Assembly: GCF_001949145.1 (NCBI RefSeq)
Contig: NW_019091356.1
Span: 2,116,932-2,180,931, forward strand
Origin: Acanthaster planci
Taxonomy: Eukaryota
Direction: 5' to 3'
DNA length: 64,000 nt
Positions 1-10,900 of this stretch are shown in pieces. The translations under genes were made by a program, and so were the position numbers. The notes under the pieces are model-generated. The model did not search any database. It was not told the DNA's origin and worked only from the letters and a program-made list of their open reading frames with translations. Every line of letters begins with the position of its first letter. The stretch's first letter is position 1.

Positions 1-206
1 AGTGGAACAAAAGAATTGCCCCGCAAGATGGCTACCGTGCAAAGCCTTTATACAATACGACAATCAACTAAACACAACACAAGCAATGAAGGCGCATTGG
101 GATTCCATATTCTTTCTAGACACTGGGAAATCCTTCCATAATAAATAATCAACTAATTTTTGTCTGCGGGGTGGAATGACACCATGACAGCTATGCCAAT
201 CCCTAC

Positions 207-3200
207 CAGCATGCACAGCGGGATGCAGCGTCTTGACACGCCCACCCAACATCTCTGGTGCTCCCGTTACCGAGGCAACATCGCTATTGAAGAGAGCAGA
301 GGAAGTATTTACAGTGTAATTTGTCAATATCCGTCTTCCACTTGAGAAAATCCAATTCATTCTCAAAAGCATGTACAACAAAATCATGTCATGTTGTGAC
401 CAACTAGAAAACAATTCATTTGTGACAGTGTTTCTGAATCTCTCTTGTATAGAGGTTTGTTTCTTATGTAGAATTCCACCTCAGATAAGAATTGACAATT
501 ACTTCACATTTACATGAAACAATTCCAAAAACTGAGCCTTCAATCTCTTCACTTCATCAGACCCCACAATATAAACCTTGCAGTTGAATTGAGTCTGCCA
601 TCCAGCTGTTCTTTTCCCAGAAATTACCACATCTGTCAAACTCACATGTAAATTGATGTAACCAACAAAATGCCAGGCGCATCTCTTAAAAAAATCATTT
701 TTAACAAATTTGCATATCCCTGTTGTGTACCACAGAACGAACACACGTCAACCACATAAAATGCACAAAGCTGGAGTTTTTTAAACTTCCCACCCGGACA
801 AGAGTATCGCTCGCAACATCTACACGTCGAGTTGGCTAAACAAACAAGTAAACATTTTACCACATTTAATCATAAAGATATAATATGTACAATGTGAAGC
901 TGACGGCTGTGTAGACATTTACTTTTCGCTCAGTAAAATGTGACACGTCAACAAACAACATGTAGACTTTTTGCAATGAATGTGAGTCTTTACCTGACAG
1001 CAATACCGGCCTTTTTTATGGCCTTGGCCGTCCCACCAGAGGCCACAAGCTGAAGGCCGATGGCCTGTAAACGATTTGCAAAGTCCACCAGACCTGTCTT
1101 GTTGGACACACTCAACAGAGCTGGAAAAAAGGAGATAACTCAAGTTCAAACACGTATAGACTACACTCTCTCAAAATTGAATACGATCACACCAAATTCA
1201 CAAATTTACAATAAGCATACAAAATATGGCATTTGAGATGGATAATTATGGAAGTATTTGTGTAATATATTTAAAATTGCAAATTATGTAAACACAACAA
1301 TTTCATAATTTTATTGTCAATCAGCACTTGTCAAAATATTGGTAACAGGTCAAGCTTTCAAACTGTTTACATGAACTTTAAAGACAATTACAACTACTGT
1401 AGCCATAGTTAAACTATAGAAAACTAAAACGAATGAAAGAAATTGTCTCAATTGNTCATGTCATGTTGTGACCAACTAGAAAACAATTCATTTGTGACAA
1501 GGTTTCTGAATCTCTCTTGTATAGAGGTTTGTTTCTTATGTAGAATTCCACCTCAGATAAGAATTGACAATTACTTCACATTTACATGAAACAATTCCAA
1601 AAACTGAGCCTTCAATCTCTTCACTTCATCAGACCCCACAATATAAACCTTGCAGTTGAATTGAGTCTGCCATCCAGCTGTGCTTTTCCCACAAATTACC
1701 ACATCTGTCAAACTCACACGTAAATTGATGTAACCAACAAAATGCCAGGCGCATCTCATAATAAAATCATTTTTAACAAATGTGCATATCCCTGCTGTGC
1801 ATATCACATACCGAACACACGTCAACCACAAAGCTGGATTTTTTTTAAACTTCCCACCCGGACAAGAGTACATGTATTGCTCGCAACATCTACACGTCGA
1901 GTTGGCTAAACAAACAAGTAAACATTTTACCACATTTAATCATAAAGATATAATATGTACAATGTGAAGCTGACGGCTGTGTAGACATTTACTTTTCGCT
2001 CAGTAAAATGTGACACGTCAACAAACAACATACAGACATTTTTGCAACGAATGTGAGTCTTTACCTGACAGCAATACCGGCCTCTTTGATGGCCTTGGCC
2101 GTCCCACCAGAGGCCACAAGCTGAAGGCCGATGGCCTGTAAACGATTTGCAAAGTCCACCAGACCTGTCTTGTTGGACACACTCAACAGAGCTGGAAAAA
2201 AGGAAAGATAACTCAAGTTCAAACACATATAGACTACACTCTCTCAAAATTGAATACGATCATTCCAAATTCACAACTTTACTAAAAGAAACTTTAAGGT
2301 TGGGGCTTCTCAGTTAACTCCGTTCATGACTCCATGTTTAAGACTCCCAGTAGACATTGCCAAATGCATGTACATAAGGGCCAACTACATAGCCAGGATG
2401 GTGTGTGAATGCTTTTATGGTCCCATTACACCCCAATTATGACATCTACCCAACTGTAGTCGACAAATTTGCCTGGAAAATCAATTTCTCAACCTTTTTC
2501 AAGTTTTTGCAGTTTTTACCAGACAGAATTCATCCCAAATATGCCACTATCAGACCCACTAACTGGGACGTTAAAAGTCCTTTTGGATTTAGGATTTGAG
2601 TGGTCTAAGGGAGGAGTTCCATATACAGACGTCAGTAATTATTCCCTTCAGTGACCTATTAGCCATCAGAAAGCAAAACATGCCAAAGTTCAATTTAGGA
2701 GGGAAAATACCATGTCGTTTTCTGAGAAAAATGGTGTCTGTATATGGATCTCTTCCCTGGTCAAATGATCAACTTCTCAATTTGAAAAAAACGAAGTTTT
2801 ATTCACCCAAGTTAGGGGGTCTATGCCAATGCAGCATTTTTATCCATGCCACTCTACCAGTTTGAGTTACCGACATAAATAAAACATCAATACACACTAT
2901 GGTGCATGCAACTTGAACTTTGACCCAAAAAAACCCGAGCAAATTCCAATCTTTACAAGACTTTGTACAGTGTTTTTCAACTTTCAAGGGCATGATCGTG
3001 AGGTAGAAAACAAGGAAATCAGTTGATCTAAGGAAATGTCGCACGCCTGTAGAGTTGGGCCTGCCTAACTAGAGTCACTGATAGTTGGGACACACGTTGT
3101 AAAGTACTAAGTGAATGCGTCACTCGCACAATAGGCCAGTCCGTTATAGTCCTCCCCATTCCCCACTGCACAGGTGGGCGCTTAGCACAAGCTCTTCTCC

Positions 3201-4571
3201 AATACCAAACTCCAGGTTCCAGCTACGTGCATCATGTCCGACTTTTGTGCGCGCATGTCAGACTTTTGTGCACGCCTGTCGGATATAATAAATTACGGCT
3301 GTGATTGGTGGGAAAACAATGGGGTGGGGCTTAGAAGATCATTTTATTACGTGTGTGAAAGGCATTGATGAGGGAAACAGCGAGTGAATTAACAGTCCAA
3401 CATGCACAGGTACTCCACCCCCAGAACTGAGTACTCCATTCGTTTGCACTGGACCTCCTGGTTCCAATGATGTACGTAGGCATGACAGGCCTCAATGTAC
3501 TTATTAGGCCTAACACCAATGACAGCATAGTCACCAGGTCTCTAATTTCGCCGCCTAGGCCTAATGTCAAGTCTGATTGGTTTTCAAGGCAGGCCTACAA
3601 AAGTAAAAGGGACCTGGCGACTCTACTGTCATTCTCACGGTCAGGATGACATCACCGGGTAAGTCTTGGTTCTCTCTGATTGGTCAGTTGGTGGTTGTTC
3701 CATATTTCACACTTGGAACTCAAAGGGACCAAAACAGTGTTGTGGTCCCATGGGGAAAATCTGAATTACTGACCAAACGGTCGACCTTAATACCAAATAA
3801 TACAGAGCCTAGGCCCTCTATGCCTGAAATTTCACTGTTTAAAGGTCTATGCACTAAGAATATCTCACACACTCCACCAAAAAGTTTTTAATTATTTTTA
3901 TCACTTTGCTGCAAAAAATTTGGAAAACATACAAATCCCTGCACAAAGTTAAGGGAGGGTTGCCCTTGCCCATACATCAGTGCGATAAACGGAACAATCT
4001 CTGAGCGTGAGAATTGATGTTATTTTTAGTTGACAACTGGGTGCTGGGGCTCATGAGTCCAAAAGCAATGAATCAGACCATCATATACTAGGGATATCAC
4101 ATACCGGTACACGTATATGGCACAAACAAATGCAGACAAGACACAAATTAAATCTATTGAAAGAACGGAGTGTCAATGACCATAGCATAGGCCTAGGCCA
4201 AGCCTTATCGCAAAAATAAATACTGCATGGGTAATTTAGCATGATAGAAATTACTTAATTAGACGGGCAAGTGCTGTGGGCAAGTTGCATACATTGAACC
4301 TGTTGCCTTCCCACAATGCCTTTCTACCATATCTACCATTGTACAAAATCAGTTATGCGGTATTTGCGTTAAGGCTTACGGACAGACACACATTATCATC
4401 ATAACATTGATAAAATGTTTCCTCCAGGTGGTCCAAAATCCGAACATGTCCACAAGCATGACGAGTGGCACGAGTCCGCCCAGACTGTTGACCACCTGAC
4501 AAAGAAATCCAGGATAAAAAATCTCTAAACAGATTAGGTTAAATATTCTTACCAATTTCCCCACTCGCCAT
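207..4571 (-). CDS. ATIC: Bifunctional purine biosynthesis protein ATIC/PurH (IMP cyclohydrolase N-terminus), first three coding exons; gene continues off the left edge
   Basis: Exon 1 4571-4553 (ATGGCGAGTGGGGAAATTG|gtaag, 19 nt); exon 2 2191-2065 or duplicate 1120-994 (127 nt); exon 3 283-207 (77 nt). Splices in frame to [42 protein letters not shown](E/K)[32 protein letters not shown], containing the PurH motifs SGGT and GRVKTLHP. Confidence 0.95.
384..2282. repeat. Direct tandem duplication (copy A ~384-1209, copy B ~1456-2282), each containing ATIC exon 2
   Basis: Colinear, highly similar sequence starting tcatgtcatgttgtgacc at 384 and 1456; a single n at 1455 sits at the start of copy B. 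Confidence 0.93.
2608..2758. mobile_element. MITE-like element with ~23 bp imperfect terminal inverted repeats; related copy at 5485-5697
   Basis: agggaggagttccatatacagac ... gtctgtatatggatctcttccct; internal cagtgac..tagccatcaga..gcaaaa..catg..ttcaatttaggagggaaaa shared with 5485-5697. Confidence 0.65.
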
Positions 4572-4940
4572 TGCTGCATACAATTATTTGTTACCGCTGA
4601 CAAAACGGTACAGAAAGTGACAATTCTGAGATACAAACAGGACCGAGCCAACAAATTCCGCGCCACTTGAGTGTCTGGCATTTACAGTTCACCCTTTCAA
4701 CGACAACGTTGAGCACGTGTGTGGTGCGCATGTTGGAGCGCGGGCTATAAGTCAATCATATCATACTAATAATCTATATTATGTTTATTTTGGTAAATTT
4801 AAGTCCCATAAATTCAGATAAAATAATTATATCATAAATTTGATTAATCTTTTGTAATACACTTTACGGATACAAAAATATACTTCTCAAAACATCGTTT
4901 TACGCACAAGTTTTTGAGTGCTCGTGACGCAATTTCTAAG
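4572..4940. promoter_or_regulatory. Putative bidirectional promoter and 5' UTRs between ATIC and DHX30
   Basis: Divergent start codons only 369 bp apart; AT-rich core (~4750-4900) between CpG-richer flanks; aagATGGC context at the DHX30 start resembles a YY1-type site. Confidence 0.65.
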
Positions 4941-7900
4941 ATGGCTGCGCCCATGGCACGTGCTGCGGAAAAAGCCCTGACTGGGTTATCAGCAAAATTC
5001 CTAGCAATGTCAGGCTGCCGATTATGTCAGTTATGCCATACAAGACACAGTTATGTCTATAGATTACATTTATTCGCGAGTTACCACACTTCCTTGGTCA
5101 ACGAGCAAAGGAAACGAAAACGGAAGCAAAAAGCAAGTCAAGTGGAGATTCGTAAGTAAAATGCGATGAATATTGCATGCAGTGGGTTGTCTGTTTACGA
5201 CAGTTTCATCTGAATTTGCTTTAGATTTTAATGGAGGTGATTAATTTAATTCATGTGAATAGAAAACTTGTTTGTAACAATCATTTTTCATTTTGGGTTG
5301 TTTGTTCAATGTGTATAGTGTTGGGGCATATGGAGTAAGCAGGTAAACAGGTAAATCAAGCGTGTCAGTCCAGCTTAATTTGTAGGCTGAGGGAATGAAT
5401 TCCATTCCATACATTGTCCGTATGATGTATGGATGCCGATTAACACTTGTAGGCTGTACACAAAGTATAAGACAGGTCTGAGGTAGGGGAAGAGTTCTAG
5501 GCCTATACGAATGCCAGCAATTCTTCCCTACAGTGACTTAATAGCCATCAGAGAGCAAAAACATGTCCAGAAATATTCAATTTAGGAGGGAAAAATACCA
5601 AGTCGTTACTGAGAAAACACTTGCAATTTTTCAGACCAGTTTCTTAGGGTTTGTGCATAGGGTGTCAAGTGGCGTCCGTATACGGAACTCTTTCCCTGGT
5701 CTGGAAAATTCTAAGTGTTTTAAGTAAATATCTTAATATTTTACTGCTAAATTTTACTTTTGGACATTTTGACTGCTTTCAACAGTTCAGATGGCTCGTA
5801 GGTCACTGCAGGGAAAATTTTTAGTGGTATCCAAATAAGGAATTCTTTCTAGGCCGAGGCTGCTGCTTGAACATGATTCCATCAACATGACAATGACATC
5901 AGTTAGGCACTAATGAGGCATTAGTCTCAGCTTATAGCTTTTGGGCATGTTAGGTTTGTGTACCCCCAGAACTGTGGGGTCTGACGTCTGCTCCTGCTCC
6001 ACAAAGAGGGGGGACGTCGGACCCTGCAGTTCAGTGAGTAAGGTTTGTGCTGATCGGCCGATCACACCTAACCTGGGCTACCTGTTATGATCTAAACCAG
6101 AAGGGATTTGGGAATTTTGGAATATTTGTGAAATTGCTCCTTCAGCAACCATTCTCAGTGAAGAAGGAGAGCGAGCCCTTGAGGAATTCCAGAACCCCAA
6201 GAGCTGTCTGCACAATGTCCTTGCACTCGTTGCCAAAGATGGCAAGGCCGGTAATGTGTGTCAGTACAAGCTGCAGCCAGCCCAGGGAAACAGTAAGGTG
6301 AAGCAGAGCGTGCTGAGCGTGACCTGGCCACAGGAGTTCACCGTGGTGGGATTAGGGAGACGACGGACCCAGGCAGAGAAGATGGCTGCTGCACTGGCCT
6401 GCGCTAAGCTCAAGGTGAGTGGGTCTGCAGGAATGTCCTCAGTTTGGGATTACTGAAGAAAATCCCCACTGGTAAGGTACGTTCACCCTTCTACATATCC
6501 CAGTAGTTGGCCAAGTGAGGTCCTCACTGGTGATTCATGATCTGTGTTTGTCATTTTGAATGAAATACTGAGATTAGGTCCTCATTAGTTAGGTATGACT
6601 TCATGTATTAGCAAGACATTGCCTGTCCAGTACATGTCCCCAGGTAAGCTGATTAAGTCCTCAATTTACATCTGTAGACATTTTTGTTACATTTCACCTT
6701 TTAGGAATTTGGGGCTCTGGACGACAACAACAAACCAAGGATTGCCGGGCAGGTGCTTCACAACAAGGAAGATATCAAGGAACAGCTGTGGCGGGAGAGT
6801 CGGCCAGACTGGATCGGGCTGGAGCCAGATCTAGGAGTGGAGATCAAGCAGGTGCTCCAAGCCATTAAGGTGGGTGATTGCAGCTTGGACTTCAATCCTG
6901 GAGCTAAGGAGCATGATTCATGGATCACACAGAGGAGAGATTGTGCCGATGTAAATTGATGAAACAGCCATGGGTGTTGATGAGTGGGAGATGGGAGGGA
7001 GGTGAGAAACGGGACGTCTCCTCTCTCCCACTTTTAAAAGAGTCAATATAATTTCACAGTGACGTAAGAAGTCCTAAATTTTGCTGGAAACCTATGTATG
7101 CTCTTCCCTTCTACTTTTGAAAGCAGTCGGCAACTACAAAAGCAGGTTGATAATGTGCTCATAAATTATTTGCACCCTAGGGTTTCTTGAAAGGTCAGGA
7201 TGATAGGCCAGAACTCAGCCACATCAGTTTAGGTAAAATAGGTTTGTCACAGGCATTTTGGAATACCTGTTGCCGTGTGGAATATTTCAATCAAAAATTC
7301 AGTTCAGTTCATTTTGGTACTGTGAATATGGAAGCAATTTGTGTATTAAAAACTGGAGGTTTTATAGAGATGCGAACTCAGGATGGAATCTTCCACTGTG
7401 CCTTTAACACTGGCTGTACCTTTGGCATGAACATTATGGACTGGTCACTGTAATAGGTGCCCTTCTCTGCAAAGCTAAATCAGATATTGCTGGCTTTGAA
7501 TTCAAGTTACTGCTATATTACAAGTTGAAGGGGGAGTCTTGTTAAATTATGGTCGTTTGACCGTTTAAGTGTAATTATCTGAGGAAGAAATTTGACCTGG
7601 CAGTTAAAAATCCCCCATCCTTCCTCATCAGTTTACAGTAACCATCTCTTTCTGTCACCTGCTGGACAGGCACGGCGCATAGGCTCTGCATGGAGAGAGC
7701 CAGCCGATCATGATGAAAGCCGGGCAGAGAGCTTTGAAACTCTTTTCGATTGCGACAGCCCAGAGGACCAGCTGTCTGATGCAATAACAGGGAAGCCCTA
7801 CCAAGAAATGACCGAGAGCAGGGCAGAGTGGAAGAACAACTACCTCGTCGAGCGGCAGGAGCTGCTTGAAGACAAGGCGCAGCAAGACTCTGAGGAGAGG

Positions 7901-10900
7901 AGCGTCAGGGAGGAAGCCCTGAAGCTCCCCATCGCGGACATGAGGTCAGGCCTCCAAGTTTCAAGTATCGCCATTGGTCGTTTTAAAGTGCTGTTTACTG
8001 GATCGTTGGAATGGCAGAAGAAATTAAAAATGTAAAAAAGCAACGTAAGGAGTTATAAAAACAACATCCCGCAAAATTTCCCTCAGTGGGCCGACCGTCT
8101 CGCTACCATTGACAGCCAAAACTGTTTCAGTTGTATCATGCATACCAAACTTAGACTTGGCTTGGGCTGAATAAATTCTAGCTCAGACTTCAGTCAGAGT
8201 TGAAAAAGTGAGCTAGGAATTGACTGAGACTGGTGTCTTCTCAGAATTGGCAGGGCTCAGATGAAATTGGACCCATCACCTTACAATTTCTGACACCCCA
8301 TCAACTCACCCTACTATTCACCTTTTTTTATAATTTTTCAAACTAGTTCAAGTCATATTAGCACTGAGTGCGTGTTGATCTGTGCGTCATTCTCAACTTC
8401 AGTTCAGGCATCCATTGATTCTCTTCAATGTTTCTACACTGCAGCTGCCCTTTGATAAGTGTACCAGGGTTCATGTATCCCGTCAAAGCGTACTACCTGG
8501 AGGAAGTTTCGGGCCTCCTGGGTGCAGGCATAGGTGCCCATGGTATCCAATTTTTTGAATAATTTTTCAAACCACTTCAAGTCAAATTAGTTCAGTCGTT
8601 AAAATCGTGAAAGGCTTGCTTCGAGGAAGCTTTTATGTGATTGACAATATTGGGTGTGTCGTTCCAGGGAGGAAATTTTAGGTCTCGTCCGTGACAATCA
8701 GGTGGTGGTTCTGTCTGGTGAGACAGGGTGTGGTAAAACCACCCAGGTGCCTCAATACTTGCTGGAGGAATGGATTCACCAAGACAAGGGTGCCCACTGC
8801 AACGTCGTGGTTACACAGGTAAAAGAAAAAAAGGAGGTCTGGAGTAAAAGTCATGGAGCTCCTTCACATAACATGCTCTCGATTTTCTCTCTACTTGGTC
8901 TTGTTAAAATCTGGAAAGTTTCTTTTTCCTGGCTTGGCACTCCTCAGAAGTCTTCTTTTCTATCCATGATTAAGGAGCATGTAGTGTGCCACTGGAGTGT
9001 CATCACTGCATGTTTTTAATTGGTTTTCTGAATACTTGCAGCCAAGACGAATAAGCGCAGTGTCAGTCGCTGAACGGGTGGCCCTTGAACGTGGTGAACA
9101 AGTAGGGAACACCATTGGTTACCAGGTTCGTCTCAGCAGCAAGCTCCCATACAACAACGGCTGCATACTCTTCTGCACGACCGGTATTCTGCTGAAGAAG
9201 CTGGAATCCAATCCAAGTCTCACAGGTAGGGAACGAATTTTGTGGACATTAAAACAAAATGAGATCTGTGCCAAGAAGACGTGATTTCTTGTGTGGACAG
9301 TAAACTAAGCAAAGTTGAGCAACACTGTTAAAAGTTAAAAAAAATCCAACAATAAAATGTGTACAGTTTTCTTCTTCTTTAGACCAATACTAGACTGACT
9401 GAAAGCATTTGTTTAAACCACTCAACAAAGATGTCATTAGATATGTCAAAATGCAATACTTAACCCTAACCCTCCTCAATCCTCCAACAGGTGAAGGATT
9501 GAGGAGGGTTAGGGTTAATACAAGTTTAGTTCATTGATATACACTGACATTTCATTCAGATCACAGGAAGTTACTTTGGGATGAAAGTCCCAGTAAGATA
9601 AATGTCAACAAAAACAAGAAAACATTGACAGAGGATTTCATCAAACCTATCCTTTGGAGGCCAGACAATTCTTTTGAGAACACCGTACCCTCAACACCAA
9701 GGAGATTTTCATGTCAATAAACTACGTTGATATCATGATTTTTGTCACTTGGAACATTGCAGGCATCAGTCACGTCATTGTGGATGAGGTCCACGAGCGT
9801 GACATCAACACAGACTTTCTCCTGATCCTCCTCAAGAACCTTCTCCGAGACAACCCCAACCTCAAGCTCATCCTCATGAGTGCATCCATCAATGCACAGC
9901 TCATCTCCTCCTACTTCAACGAGTGAGACAGGTTTTGGGTTTCTCGGAATTCAACTATATTCAAATTACTTTTTGGCCATACAGTGGTCAAGTCCTAATC
10001 CGATAAGGATAGCTCTTAATTCAAGAAAAATTAAGCCTAGAAAACTAGACTCTTTGATCAGAGTGATTGGGTTCTAATTATAGAGTGAAAACTGAATATG
10101 CGCTTAAAAAGATGTCCAGGAAATGTCCAAGCATTTGCAAAAGGACTTACCATGTACCCAGATTTAACTTGGAGTCTAAATCTTTTTTAGACAAATATTT
10201 CAACACTTTCACTTTGCCAACTCTCTCAAACATGACCTTGATTTGACGACATTGACGTGCACTTGGCCCACCCCATGTAACAGTAATTGTGAAGACTAGA
10301 AGGATTACACTACAGTTCTGAATTTAGTGCATTTGTAGACCGAGAAAGATATTGACCTTTATTTGGAAGTATTTGCATAGCACTGAGTGCGTGTCCCAAC
10401 AATCGGTTCAGGCTAGGAAGGTTAAGTTCTGTTCAGGCGTCCATTCATTTTCTTCATTGTCTCTACACACTGCAGCTGTCCTATGATAAGTGTACCAGGG
10501 TTCATGTATCCCGTCAAAGAGTACTACTTGGAGGACGTTTCGGGCCTCCTGGGTGCGGGCATTGGTGCCCATGGCAAAGGTAACCGGGCATCAACTTCCA
10601 TGGACGAGGAGTGCGATGTTGTCAGGCCGTTGACTGATGTGGACTTGGCCGTCAACATAATCAAGTTCATTGATGAAAGCAGGCCTCCTGTAAGTCAATC
10701 CTAGCCAGACACAAAGAAATCGAAACCACGGCTGTGGTTGTCATCTTGTAAATTTTCTTCCAACTCCTCTTTTCTTGCTTTTGTTAAATTCCTACTGAAC
10801 ATGAATTTTATGGTCCTTTATTGCTTTGTCGTGTCAACAGGGGGCTATCCTTTGCTTTCTTCCTGGCTGGCAAGACATCCGATCAGTGTGTGACAGATTG

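Noticed and set aside
3060..3900. CCAAT-box cluster and short tandem motifs in ATIC intron 1
   Set aside because: Probably repeat-derived; no boundaries or function could be defined from sequence alone.
4376..4681. 101-aa minus-strand ORF as the ATIC start
   Set aside because: No phase-1 donor and no PurH similarity; the ATG at 4571 with G|gtaag fits exon 2 exactly.
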